64,000 nucleotides of DNA from Squalus acanthias (lineage: Eukaryota): positions 806,001 to 870,000 of the forward strand of contig JASTWF010000070.1 in assembly GCA_030390025.1 (NCBI GenBank), read 5' to 3'. Below are positions 25,690 through 38,877 of the stretch, piece after piece. The translations under genes and the position numbers were made by a program. How positions within the stretch are numbered: position 1 is the stretch's first letter; the number at the start of each line of letters is the position of its first letter. The notes under the pieces were generated by a model that was not told where the DNA came from, made no database searches, and worked only from the letters and a program-made list of their open reading frames with translations.

Positions 25690-27765
25690 CCCTGTCTGGC
25701 ATAAAAATAAAACAAAAAAGGTGGCGCAACCGTGGCTAACAAAGGAAATTAGCGATAGCATAAGATCCAAGGAGAGTACTTATAAACTGGCCAGAAAAAG
25801 CAGCAAACCTGAAGATTGGGAGTAGTTTAGGATTCAGCAAAGGAGGACAAAAGGATAAATTAAGAGTGGGAAAATAGTGTATGAGAGTAAGCTTGCAGGG
25901 AACATAAAAACTCTCTGTAAAAGCTTCTATAGATATGTGAAGAGAAAAAGATTGGTGAAGTCATGCGTAGGTCCCTTGCAGTCAGAATCAGGGGAATTTA
26001 TAATGGGGAACAAAGAAATGGCTGACCAAGTAAATACATAATTTGGTTCTGTCTTCACAAAGAAGGACACAAATAACCTCCCAGAGATGTCGGGGAACAT
26101 AGGATCTAATCAGAGGGAGGAACTGAATGAAATCAGTATTTGTAGGGAAATGGTGTTAGGGAAATTGATGGGATTACAGGCCGATAAATCCCCAGGGCCT
26201 GATAATCTACATCCTAGGGTACTTAAGGAAGTGGCCCAAGAAATAGTAGATGCATTGCTGTTCATCTTCCAAAATTCTATAGAGTCTGGCACAGTTCCCA
26301 TGGATTGGAGGGTAGCTAATTTCAAGCCCACTATTTAAAAAAGATGGTAGAGAGAAAACGGGGAATTATAGACCGGTAAGCCTGACATCGGTAGTGGGAA
26401 AATGCTAGAGTCCATTATAAAAGATGCAATAGCAGAGCACTTGGAAAAGAGTGACAGGATCGGACAAAGTCAACATGGATTTACAAAAGGTAAATCGTGC
26501 TGGACTAATCTACTGGAATTTTTTGAGGATGTAACTGGCAGAATAGATAAGGGAGAACCAGTGGATGTGGTGCCTTTGGACTTGCAGAAGGCTTTCGATA
26601 AGGTCCCGCATAAGAGATTAGCGTATAAAATTAAAGCACATGGGATTGGGGGTAAGGTACTGACTTGGATAGAGAACTGGTTGGCAGATAGGAAGAAAAA
26701 AGTTGGAATAAACGGGTCGTTTTCCGAGTGGCAGGTAGTGACTAGTGGTGAACCGCAGGGACCCCAGCTATTCACAATATATATTAATGATCTAGACAAG
26801 GGAACTAGATGTAATATCTCCAAGTTTGTAGACGACACAAAGCTGGGTGGGCGTGTGTGCTGTGAGGACGATGCAGAAAAACTCCAGTATGATTTGGACA
26901 GGTTGGGTGATTGGGCAGATGCATGGCAGATGCAGTATAATGTGGATAAATGCGCGGTTATCCACTTTGGTGGCAAAAACAGGAAGGCAGCTTATTATCT
27001 GAACGGCAATAGATTGGGAGAAGGGGAAGTGCAACGAGACCTGGGTGTCCTTGTGCAGCAGTCGCTGAAGGTAAGCATGCAGGTGCAGCAGGTAGTTAAG
27101 AAGGCAAATGGTATGTTGGCCCTCATCACGAGACGATTCGAGTGCAGGAGCAAGGATGTCTTGCTGCAGTTGTACAGGGCCTTGGTGAGACCAGATCTTG
27201 AGTATTGTGTGCAGTTTTGGTCGCCTTATCTGAGGAAGGATGTTTTTGCCATGGAGGGAGTGCAGCGAAGATTCACCAGACTGATACCTGGGATGGCAGG
27301 AATGACATATGAAGAGAGATTGGGTCGATTGGGCTTCTATTCGCTGGAGTTTAGAAGAATGAGAGGGGATCTCATTGAAACTTATAAGGTTCTAACAGGA
27401 CGAGACAGTCTCGATGCAGGAAGGATGTTCCCGATGGTGGAGGAGTCCAGAACCAGGGGTGACAGTCTAAAGATAAGGGGTAAGCCATTTAGGACAGAGA
27501 TGAGGAGGAATTTCTTCACCCAGAGAGTGGTGAACCTGTGGAATTCTCTAGCACAAAATTCTGTTGACGCCAATTCATTAAATATATTCAAGAAGGAGTT
27601 AAATATATTTCTTAAGGCTAAAGGGATCAAGGGATATGGGGAGAAAGCAGGGACAAGGTACTGAATTTGGATGATCAGCCATGATCTCATTAAATGGCGG
27701 AGCAGGCTCGAGTGGCCGAATGGCCTACTCCTGCTCCTATCTTCTATGTTTCTATGTTTCTATGT
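25690..27765 (+). mobile_element. CR1 LINE, 5'-truncated, with near-intact RT domain (ORF 26402-27664), in a gene B intron
   Basis: QHGF, LDLQKAFDKVPH, FVDDTK, LEYCVQFWSP motifs; (ttctatg)n tail. Confidence 0.92.
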
Positions 27766-27794
27766 TAAGCAAAAACAATTCTTTTCATATCTAC

Positions 27795-27853
27795 CTCCTT
27801 GTCTTGTGCACGTGGTCTCGAATCCGTCAATTTCTGATCGCTGATCGTGTTGC
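27795..27853 (-). CDS. Gene B cytoplasmic exon (GNTISDQKLTDSRPRAQDKE)
   Basis: ctttatatcag / gtagat; phase 1 to 0. Confidence 0.65.
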
Positions 27854-27996
27854 CTGATATAAAGAGAAACTTAATCTAAGTCTAAATGCACACATTTCAC
27901 ACTGAACCGGCCCACTAACATGTAATGAGCAAATGACACAATAAATGGATTGATTGGGAGCGCCGTGGAGTTGGAGCGCCTCCCGACAACCGCTAC

Positions 27997-28113
27997 CTGA
28001 CCGCCGGTTCCTGCAGCTCCTTCCCGCGGCGACAATAACCATCAGCAGAAGCAGAAGCGCCGCCGCCGAACTCCCGTAAAGCAGTAATCTGCAGTTGGTT
28101 TGTTGCGGGCACA
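27997..28113 (-). CDS. Gene B TM exon (VCPQQTNCRLLLYGSSAAALLLLLMVIVAAGRSCRNRRS)
   Basis: ctttattcag acceptor, phase 1-1, hydrophobic span then basic stop-transfer residues, juxtamembrane Cys. Confidence 0.75.
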
Positions 28114-28314
28114 CTGAATAAAGAACAAAAAACCTTTTATTTAAAAAAAATCCGTAACCCGAGCCTTCTGGTTCTCGCAGAAAGTTCAAGGAGGCCCAAC
28201 ACCACTTTCTCAAGCACTAGGGATGGAGAATCAATGCCAGACTTACCAGCGTCACCCACATCACGAGAACACATTAAAAATGTTGCTGAAAATCACTAGA
28301 TAAGTGAAGATAAA

Positions 28315-28542
28315 NNNNNNNNNNNNNNNNNNNNNNNNNNNNNNNNNNNNNNNNNNNNNNNNNNNNNNNNNNNNNNNNNNNNNNNNNNNNNNNNNNNNNN
28401 NNNNNNNNNNNNNNNNNNNNNNNNNNNNNNNNNNNNNNNNNNNNNNNNNNNNNNNNNNNNNNNNNNNNNNNNNNNNNNNNNNNNNNNNNNNNNNNNNNNN
28501 NNNNNNNNNNNNNNNNNNNNNNNNNNNNNNNNNNNNNNNNNN
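28315..28542. other. Assembly gap (N run) inside the gene B C1-TM intron
   Basis: Run of N. Confidence 1.
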
Positions 28543-30627
28543 GACAGGCAAATAGACAGGCAGAACTATATAACCATGAACCTATCGAATGGTGGGGCAC
28601 AGAAGGAGAGTATGAGGCCCTCCATGTTTGTGCCGGCTCTATGCTAGATGGATCCAAAACTAATCCCATTACCCGGATCTCTCTCCATATTCCTGTATCA
28701 ATCCAAAACTAATCCCAAAGCCCACTCTGTCCCCTGGAATGCACCACTTCCAACCCTTCGCCAATCCGAGGAATACCCATTTACCCTATCTCCTTATTTC
28801 TTGTCTGTCATTTAACTCTCCATCCAGGCTGCCACATCTCCTTCACACCAAACTTCTAAATAGTTTCCCAACAACCCTCTTATGCGACACTTTGTCAAAC
28901 GCCTTCTGGAAATCCATACACCATATATCTACTGCAATCCCTTTAACTATCCAATCGGTCACTTCTACAAAAGCTCTGTTAAATTTGTTAAACACGACAC
29001 CACTTTCACAAATCGGTGCTGGTTGTCCTTAACTAGCCCAGCCATTTAGAAATGCTCACCACTTTCATTTCAAATTACGGATTCTAAGTGTTTGTCCGCA
29101 ACTCATCTGGCCTATGGTAGCCCAAGTGACACCTTTCTCCTCTCTTAGATGAAACGTTAGATAGAATCCGTTTGGGTAGGAAGAATAAGGACGTCACATA
29201 CTCCTTGGAAAATAAGTGTCTAAATGGAGTAGAGGAGGAGGGAGATCTGGAGGTACAGATACACAAATCACTAAAAGTAGCGACGCAGGTTAATAAGGCA
29301 TAACATTGCAAACCAAGCACTGGGGTTCATTTCTAGAGGGATAGTATTGAAAAGCAGAGAAGTTATGTTCAATTTCTGTAGAACCTTGGTTGGACCACAC
29401 TTGGAATACTGTGAACATTTCTGGGCTACATATTATAAGGTGAATATAGAGACACTGGAGAAGATACAAAATGATTTACTCGGATGATACCAGAATTGAG
29501 ACGTTATGCCTATCAGGAAAGATTGAACAGGCTGGGGCTCTTTTCTCTACAAAAGTGAAGACTGAGAGGTGACCTATTAGAGGACTTTAGATTATGAAAG
29601 GGTTTACATCGGATTACATGGGATATACGGCACAGAAACAGGCCATTCGGCCCAACCAGTCCATGCCGGCATGTATGCTCCACTCGAGCCTCCTCCCGTC
29701 TTTCCTCATCTAAATCTATCAGCTTATCCCTCTATTCTCGACTCCCTTACATGCTTGTCCAGCCTCCCCCTCTAAATGCATCTCTACTATTCGCTTCAAC
29801 TACTCCCTGTGGTAGCGAGATCCACATTCTCACCACTCTCTGGGTAAAGAGGTTTGTCCTGAATTCCCTATTGAATTTCTTGGTGACTATCTTATATTGA
29901 TGGCCTCTAGTTATGCTCTTCCCCACAAGTGGAAACATTGTCTCTCTATCTACTCTATCAAAAACTTTGACAGGGTCGACGTAGAGAAGATGTTTCCCGT
30001 GAGGTGCGGTGTGGACCAGAACTAGGCGCCATAAATACAACATAGTCACTATTAAAGCCAATTGGGAATTCAGGAGAAACTTCTTTACCCAGAGAGTGGT
30101 GAGAATGTGGAACTCGCAACCACAGGGAGTGTCTGAAGCGAAAAGTATAGATGCATTTAAGAGGAAGTTAGATAAACACATGAGGGAGAAACGAATAGAT
30201 GGATATCGATGGGTTTATACTGAAGTGGGATGGGAGGGGACTCGTAAGGAGCATAAACACCGGCACGGACCTGTTGGTCCGAATGGCCTGTCTCTGTGCT
30301 ATACATACTGTGTAATACAGATACCTACATACAGGCATCGAGAGAGAAAGTGATAAACTGGAAATGGCAATTATATTTTCTAATTTTACCCATGGACAGC
30401 TCAGACCAAGACATTTTCTCCCACCATATACGTATGGCCGAGCTAAACAGATGGACTTTATAATTCAGAAAGCTCAACACTGCTACATTGAGAGGGGTAA
30501 ATGATTGGGTAATTCTCCATGGAGAGGCAGAAAGGGAGAGACTTTGAATGTATAAAGTGATATTGCTAACAATTAACTCTTACATCAGCATGGAAGATAT
30601 TAGTAAAGGGTCACTGCCACTAGTTAC

Positions 30628-30931
30628 CTCTCTGAGATGAGAAACTTTCACTGATCAAATCCCCAGTGGAGTTGATTGGAACGGCGCAAGTACAGACAGC
30701 TCCGCTGCTCCCAAGTTTCCACCGAGACGCTGATGTGACTCCTGACAGTGTAGGTCCCGTCCGGGTCTATTGTCCCGGAATCGCTCGGTCCCTCGGTAAC
30801 CCGTCCGGGAACATTCCAGCGAATGGGAAGGGAATCGGGAGACAGGCTTTTCACCAAACACATCAATGGGACCCTTTCCAGCGAGGGAATTTCATCCGCC
30901 GGCGGTGCTAAGAGAAAGATTTCCGGAGACC
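30628..30931 (-). pseudogene. Gene B C1 exon with +1 frameshift (extra G at ~30710-30712)
   Basis: SPEIFLLAPP..PLMCLVK..IRW..DPDGTYTVRSHISV..TW / SSGAVCTCAV; 304 nt between cag and gtaac. Confidence 0.85.
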
Positions 30932-31023
30932 CTGGGAGTTTGGGAGGTTAAGATACCATTACTATTCGACGCAAAATTCGTCGTTATTTATGATGAAATG
31001 AGTAAAACAATCGCAATTCTTAC

Positions 31024-31362
31024 CTGCAATGAGCAATGTCGAGCCGTTTCCGAATATCAAGGGCCTTCCGCTATATTTCTTAGCTGCGCAGTAATACACC
31101 CCCGAATCATTCCTCTGGATATCTTTCACAATCAGAGAGTAAATACTGGATTCGTCGTTAACTTTTCCGGAAAATCTTCCTTCAGGAGGGATGTGCTTCC
31201 ACACGGTGTAAACCAGCTGTAGATGCTCTCGGTGCTGCCGCTGATACCAGTGCACTGCTCCTGCTGTCAACCAACCCGTGTGACAATCCATCTTAAAGAT
31301 ACTTCCAACGGAAACAGTCTTAAACGGAGGATTCTGGCGGGGAACTTCCTGACAGACAATAA
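31024..31362 (-). CDS. Gene B VJ-type V exon (non-rearranging)
   Basis: MDC, VHWYQ, RFSG, DSGVYYCAAKKYSGRPLIFGNGSTLLIA with a canonical FGxG; ctctcag / gtaag; 92-bp intron to C1. Confidence 0.9.
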
Positions 31363-31976
31363 CTGAGAGAAGAACATATTCACAAGAGGGTCTGTTACAC
31401 GGCAGAAATAAACACCGCTTCCTAAAAAGAAACGGGTACAGCAGTAAACTGTGAATAGGACCATCCGATCATTAATGATCATGGATACTAGTATCTAAAT
31501 GATGGGGGTTAAAATTGAGTCTATAACAGGAGAAAGAATGAAAGGAAGAAAGAAAGGAAGAAAGATCTTTACAGCCAATGAATTACCTTTTGCAGTGTAG
31601 TTACTGTTGTAATGTAGGAAACGCGGTAACCAAATCGCGCACAGAAAGCTCACACAAACAGCAATATGATAATGACCAGGTAATCTGTGATGTTGATTGA
31701 GGTATATAATATTGGCCCCAGGATACCGGGTGGAACTCCCCTGCTCTCCTTCCAATAGTGGCCGCGGGATCTTTTCCCTCCACCTGAGAGAGCAGACGGG
31801 ACATCCGATAGAGGGAAAATATTGACATTTGGTCCAATTTCATTCTCCTGAGATAATCCAGTCCATCAACATGACTCTGATATTACAGAATACAGCGCGC
31901 TATCTTCTACTTGTCTGACTAGCTCAATGATCATACGCCTGAACTCCGTCATGCATTAGAAGCACATAAGACTGAC

Positions 31977-32019
31977 CTGGAAAGAGATAGAACAGCGCGC
32001 AGGGATTTAAGAAGCTCAT
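31977..32019 (-). CDS. Gene B leader exon (MSFLNPCALFYLFP)
   Basis: acaATG, phase-1 g/gtcagt donor; completes a signal peptide with VIVC from the V exon. Confidence 0.6.
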
Positions 32020-32828
32020 TGTCTGCGACCGAGGCGCTTGCTGTGAGCTGCACACTGAACACTTTGCTGGGATATCTTTGCGCTGGGCCCGGCTCGCAAG
32101 TGATGTGAAAAGCAGAGCTGCGGTAATTGCGTGCTTGCGTTTTAAAAATAGCAGGCCTGGAAAATACAGCGTAATGTCGAGGCTCGCTGCGGGTTTCCTG
32201 TTGACACATTAAACGCCCACGCACAGGTCTGCCTGCAAAGGGCAATGCATTCCAGCTCGTGTTAAACAGGCGTGAAAGGCGGCGAGCAGTGCAGGCTGAT
32301 TAAACTGTGAACTGAAGGCTGGCAGTGCTGAATTGCACGCACCGGATTGGTTGTGTCCTTCGCGTGGGCACGAGGACATAATTCTATTCCGAGTGTTGCT
32401 TCTTATTGTTCCAGAACCCATTCATTCATACACCCTTACTTGTATCAACAAAAATAGACCAGATTGAAGAAAGTGCAATCATCTGTTATTATACCAGCCG
32501 CGGCTCAGTGGGCAGCACTCTCGCCTCCGAGTCAGAAGGTCGTGGGTTCATAGTTCCACTTCAGAGACTTGAGCACAAAAATCTATGCCGACACTCCAGT
32601 GCCAGTATTGGGACGTGCTATAAGAGGTGACAGTCTTTCTTTCTTTAACTGTTTCACCCAGGATCTGAACGCCGCCTGTCTCTTTAGGCAGGATTTGATC
32701 CTGTTACTCATTATGTGTGAGCCGTGGCTCAGTGGGTCGGACTCTCGCTCTGAGGTAGAAGGTCAGAGATTTGTTCAGGTCCCACTACAGCGACTTGAGC
32801 ACATAATCCAGGCCGACACTCCCAGTGC

Positions 32829-33060
32829 GGTACTGAGGAAGCACCGCACTGTCGGAGGGTCCGTACTGAGGGATTGCCGCACTGTCGGAGGGGCTGTACT
32901 GAGGGAGCGCCGCACTGTCGGAGGGGCTGTACTGAGGGAGCGCTGCACTGTCGGAGGGGCAGTACTGATGGAGTGCCGCACTGTCGGAGCGTCAGTACTG
33001 ATAGAGCGCCGCACCATCGGCGGGGCAGTACTCAGATGTCTCCTCACTGTTGGACGGGCC
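32829..33060 (+). repeat. 30-bp tandem expansion (gtactgagggagcgccgcactgtcggaggg) inside a DeuSINE; similar array at ~18090-18290
   Basis: About 7 units seen directly. Confidence 0.85.
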
Positions 33061-34040
33061 GACTTTCGGATTCAACGTTAAGCCGAGGACCCGTCTTCTC
33101 TCTCAGGTGGCTGTGAAAGATCCCAGGGCCACTATTGTAAGAAGAGCAGGGGATTTCTCGTCGGTGTCCTGGGCCAATATTTATACGTCAGTCAACATTA
33201 ATAAAAGAGATGTCCTCATGATTATCACACTGCTGTTTTTGGGAGTTTGATTGCATTCAATGTCTTGCAACACATTCCTGTTGTGTCAGATACTGTGTCT
33301 GAGCAATCAAACACTGCATTAATATAGAATACCTTAACTTTGATAAAGATTGAATCAAATTTGCCAATATTACATTTGGTGTACCAAACAAAAATGAGGT
33401 TGGACTCTTTGGTATTTTGCACATAGGTAGTTGGTGATCATCCCCCTTCGACTGGGATTAATGGGAAAGGGTTTCGGCCCCTGGAATTATGCAAAATGAG
33501 AATTAACTGATAGTTTTTCCCGTTGCATTCAAAAGCAATCAATTAAAATGACTTGTGTCCATCGGAGTTCTATGTAATGGGAGTGAGTGCGGGGAAGGGT
33601 CGCTCCATTTGAATTCTATACATGTAAAATGAGCAGCAAGAGGGTTTGTGTATTCAGGTTCTATATAATTACAACGAATGGACTGTTTGTTAATTAAATT
33701 AGAATCAGGCCGCTCAGAAAGCACTTCTTCACACAAAGGGTAATGAAAATCTGGAACTCTCTCCCCCAAAAAGCTGTGGAGGCTGGGGATCAATTGCAAA
33801 TTTCAAAACTGAGATCGATAGATTTTTGTTGGGTGAGGGTATTAAGGGTCACAGAACCAAGGCGGTTAAATGGAGTTAAGATACAGATCAGCCATAATCT
33901 TTTTGAGTTGTGGGACAGTCTCGACAGGCTGAATGGCCTCCTCCTATTCCTATGTTCATGGACTTTAATCTTTGTATCAAACCTGTACGGAGTCGGCACG
34001 AAAGTAGCAAAAAACCCATTACTGCAAATTCAAAGTTTAT

Positions 34041-34311
34041 TGGAAGGACACAGTCTCCTTAATGTGTTTGGTCAGTGGTGTTTCCTCGAACCAGATTGCT
34101 ATTTTCTGGGATGTTTCCGGACGGGGTTACAGAGCGACGCACCGAATCCCGGTACAATAGACCCGGACGGGACCTACAGCAACAGAAGTCACATCAGTGT
34201 CTCGGTGCAAACTTGGAGCAGCGGCGCTGTCTGTACTTTGTGCTGTTCCACTAGGCTTCTCCAGCTAAAATATGGAGAAGAACGTGTCGGGGAAAACTGT
34301 AGAGAAAGCCA
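34041..34311 (+). pseudogene. Orphan, 5'-truncated, frameshifted C1 exon of the same receptor family
   Basis: KDTVSLMCLVSGVSSNQIAIFW / GTIDPDGTYSNRSHISVSVQTWSSGAVCT in different frames. Confidence 0.85.
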
Positions 34312-37300
34312 GGAAAGAGTGAGAGATGTGTAAAAGACTCTTTCACTGCAATCCCTTCACTACATCGAATTGCATAGAATGTGCAGCACAGAAACAGGCC
34401 ATTCGGCCCAACATGTCCATGCCGGTGTTTATGCTTCACACGAGCCTCCTCCCATCTCTTTTCATCTCATCCTATCACCATATCCTTCTATTGCTTTCTG
34501 CCTCACGTGTTTATCTAACTTCTCCTTAAATGCATCTATGCTATTTGCCTCAACCACTCCCTGTGGTAGCAAGTTCCACATTCTAACCACACTGTGTAAA
34601 AAAAAGTTTCTCCTCAATTCCTTATTAGATTTTTTAGTGACTATCTTATATTGATAGCCCCTAGTTCTGGTCTCCCCCAGAAGTGGAAAATCTCCTCTAT
34701 GTCTACCCTATCAAACCCTTTCATAATCTTAAAGACCTCTGTCAGCTCACACCTCAACCTTCTCCTTTCTAGAGAAAAGAACCCCAGCCTGTTCAATCTT
34801 GCCTGATAGTTATAATCTATAAACAGGGATGGACAATTAATGGAGACTGACTGAACGGAGTTCAACGGGGTGCTGTCTAAAATCCACATTTATTAATTCC
34901 CCGAATTATCCAGGTAACAAATTATTCACAGGACTGAATCCAGGTAAATAAGAAGAACTCGCAGCATAATTCACTGTAAAATCAAATGGCCATGTTTTAG
35001 TTAACTATTTGATAAACCTTTACATCTGAATAATATACTTTTTAAAATAACAACTTATGCCAGAAAATAGCAGTAAGAGTGTGTACCTCTTGGCTGGGGA
35101 GTCCAGAACCAGGGGTCACAGTCTCAGAATAAGGGGTCGGCCATTTAGGACTGAGATGAGGGGAAATTTCTTCACTCAGAGGGTGTTGAATCTTTGGAAT
35201 TCTCTACCCCAGAGGGCTGTAGAGGCTCAGTCGTTGCGTATATTCAAGATATAGATCGATAGATTTGTGAATATTAAGGGAATCAAGGGATATGGGGATA
35301 GTTCAGGAAAGTGCAGATGAGGTAGAAGATTAGCCATGATCTTTTTGAATGGCGGAGCAGGCTCAAAGGGCGGAATGGTCTACTCCTGCTCCTATTTCTT
35401 ATGTTTTTATGTACCACGCTGTAATTCACAAACTCCCACCATCAAAGTACTTGAATATTTCATAATAACAATGTGAAACAACATTCATTTTTTCGCTCTG
35501 AATCCCAACGACTCAATAATTATTTCCAGTCAATTAGTCTCAAAACAGATTAATGATTCAATTGTTATAAAGCTGAAACTTAAATCTGAATGGGGTCGTT
35601 CATTTAACCAAACGCCCCCTGGAGGTAACATGTGATAAGGGTGTGTGTGTCGGATGGCGCTTCTCTGTCACCCCCTGGCGACTCCTTTTCACTCTTCAGA
35701 GCTGAGGTTTGGAAGCAGCGTGAGCGCCACTTCCTTCCTGTGACTCCCAGATATATTGCAATGTTCAATGGACAATGATACCTACAATGCACAATCAATT
35801 CAGGACTTCAGTGGAGCCCGTAGTGGTAGAGCGGTCGTTTGGAGTAAATTTGGTTCCGGGATGCTGGTATCCCAGTCTCTGTAAAGGAGAATAATCAGGG
35901 GTGTAAACTCTGCTGGCCTGTATCCTAACTCGCACCAAGTCCCATTCAGCCATCTCCCCCTGTTCTCGCTGACCTACATTGGCTCCCGGTCCGGCAACAC
36001 AGCACTCTTCTCAGGGGTCTGGTTGGGCCAGAATTCCCGATTAGTATTCCAAGTTACTGCGAGATGGAAACTGATTCGTATTCTGGCTAACTTTTGAGTA
36101 TAGAAGCCCCCCACATAAGACGTGGGAGATATCCCAGCCCCAGGTCAGCTTCAGAGTAGAGTCAAAAACCTTCAGGAGGTGGAATTACCATTAAAGACTG
36201 GAGAAATCTGGAGAGATTGGAGTAAAATCACTCACTGTTGAGCATATGGAAGCATATGCACTAAACGGCACAAGAGACCAAACCAAACGCTACTGCGGCC
36301 AAAAAGGGTGAGATTTGCACAGACAAGGCTAAAATCCCCTTGAATACAGAAGATTAAGGGCGATCTAATTGAGCTGCTTAAGATGATTAAAGGATTCGAT
36401 AGGGTAGAGAGAGAGAAACTATTTCCTCTGGTGGGGGGGGGGGGGGCGGGGGGAGTCCAGAACAAGGAGGCATCACCTTAAAATTAGAGGCAGGCCGTTC
36501 AGGGGTGATCTCAGGAAGCACTTCTTCACACAAAGGAGATCTGGAAATCTCTCGCACAAAAAGGTGTTGAGGCTGGGGTCAATTGAAAATAGCAAAACTG
36601 AGATTTGATAGTTTTTAGTTGGGTAAGGGTATTAAGGGTTACGGAACCAAGACAGGTAGATGGAGTTAAGATACAGATCAGCCATGAACTAATTGAATTG
36701 GGGAACAGGCTCCAGGGGCTGAATGGCCTCCTCCTGTTCCTATATAACAGGCTCCAGGAGCTGAATGGCCTCCTCCTGTTCCTGTGATCCTAACTGGGAA
36801 AATAAGGTGCACGATTCTCTGCCTGAACTGTGGGTGTGTTGATTCTGAGGTAGTCTCTTATGTATCACTGTTACCGTCTGTCGTGCGGATTATCTCACTG
36901 ACCGTAACTGTACATGTACCGGTGGGAGGGGTGAGGTGGGTCGGGGTACCGATTAGTAACGTCAATACTGAGCTCTCCCCCAGTCTGAATTAAAATAGCG
37001 CCAAACCGTGTGTAGCTGGGAAATGCCAGGATGACCCCGCTATGCTGGCTCCAGATCACATCTGGCTGAAGCTGACAACATCTGAAATCGAGGTGGCCGA
37101 GCTTGTCACCTGTACCTGAATGTGGTCTCCATGTAGTGTTTTGGAACTTTATACAAGGGAATCTTTTCCCGGGGATAGCACTCTCTCACCACAGACACGT
37201 CACCCTCGCCCATTGATTCAACCACCTTTCCGGTCTCAATCGACCCAGACTGTTCGCAATCTCAGGGCCCTATTGCACTAATATCTGAGTTCCCCGGCCC

Positions 37301-38549
37301 ATGACCTGTCCGTCTCAAAGGCCGCCTACTTTCAAGTCGCTAACCTTTCCTGCCTTCCCCGCTAACTCAGTCCACCTGCCGTTAAACCCTCATCCAAGCC
37401 TTTGTTACCTCCTAACGTGACTTGTCCAATGCTCGCGGTACCCCTACCGAAGACTCTTGGTAATCTTGAGCTGATCCAGAACTTTTCCGCCCGTAGCCCA
37501 TCCCCCACAACTCCCACTCACTCACCATCCACGGTCTTGCTGAACTGCAGCGACTCCTCATCCCCCAAGGCCCCCAGTTTAAAATTGTCATCCCCTTGTT
37601 CAAATTCGTTCATGGCTTCGCCCCTCCCTATCTCGGTAGCCCCATCCATCACTATCTACCCCCAGTTCTCTGTGCCCCCCGAATCTGTCACTGGAGAAGA
37701 TGCACAAAAAGATTTACAAATATGATACACAACTGAGAGGTTATAACTATCAGGAAAGACGAAGTCTGGAGCTCTTTTCTCTAGAAAAGAGAAGGCTGAG
37801 GGGTGACCTGATAGAGGTCTTAAAGATTATGAAAGGGTTTGATGAGGTAGACATAGAGAAGATGTTTCCACTTGTGGGAAAGACCCAGAACTACGAGCCA
37901 TCAATATAAGATAGATACTTATAGATCCAATGGGGAATTCAGGAGAAACTTCTTTACCCAGAGAGTGGTGAGAATGTGGAACTAGCTACCACAGGGAATA
38001 GTTGAGGCGAATAGGATAGATACATTTAATGGGAAGCTAGATAAACACATGAGGGAGAAGGGAATCGAGGATTATGCTGATAGTGTTAGATGAGGAAGGA
38101 TGGGAGGAGGCTCGAGTGGAGTATAAACACCAGCATGGATCGATTGGGCTGAAAGGTCTGTTTGTGCTGTACATTCTATGTAATCCACTCAATGTCCCTT
38201 TAAGTACTGAGTAAAGACGGACCATTTTAAGCTCGTGGCAGCATTTCATGTTTATTAAGAGCTGTGTTACACAAGTTCGCAATCAAAATATGGTCACAGA
38301 TAAAGGGAAATCTGTCCCCATTCTACACACAGCGAAAGTATACACACAAGATATTGGGGACAGTTGTACAGAAATTTCCACACATTCTTTTCCGTCACTT
38401 CAGTTATTAAACATTCGCATTGTTTGCCAAAAACTGAAATTGCTGCAGCGATTACATTGCAAAAAAGGTGGATTGCACACATCGAATGATCTGTTTCATT
38501 GCATTAAACACGAGCAAAAATCAAACTTCCACTGCCAACTCGCACTGCC

Positions 38550-38877
38550 TCATTCGGAACACGAGGTGGCGCTGATGGTCTTGAGAAGAGGCGATCTCAG
38601 GGAGCCGTGGCTGACGCTGCATGAATAGCTGGAGCCCTTGTTCCAGGCAGCAGCGGGGACTCTCAGGTAACTGCTCAGGCTGTAGGTTTGATCGCTGTCC
38701 GGGGACACGCTGCCTCTCGTCACCCCGCTGTCTGTCTCTTGGCCATCCACGCTCCAGCGGAGTCGCACCAAGCCCGGCTTAAAGTGACTGTCCAGGCAGG
38801 ACAGAGTGGCCGTCCCGAGCCGATTTCTTCCGAGGAGGGAGGGAGGAGAAGAACCGAGGGGCTTCGATCCTCGCTGC
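38550..38877 (-). pseudogene. IGLC: IgL constant exon (NS5/sigma-cart-like) with -1 frameshift at ~38812
   Basis: SEDRSPSVLLLPPSSEEI.. / ATLSCL..FKPGLVRLRW..TYSLSSYL..YSCSVSH..SCSE*; 328 nt versus 329 nt in the paralog (gga-cggcc vs ggatcggcc). Confidence 0.88.

Noticed and set aside
32829-33060. Regular 30-bp repeats superficially resembling a CRISPR array
   Set aside because: No unique spacers; it is a tandem expansion of SINE-internal sequence in a vertebrate genome
36815-36940. Mildly hydrophobic ORF downstream of the pseudo-C1 (possible decayed TM)
   Set aside because: No acceptable splice acceptor and no convincing alignment to the TM exons
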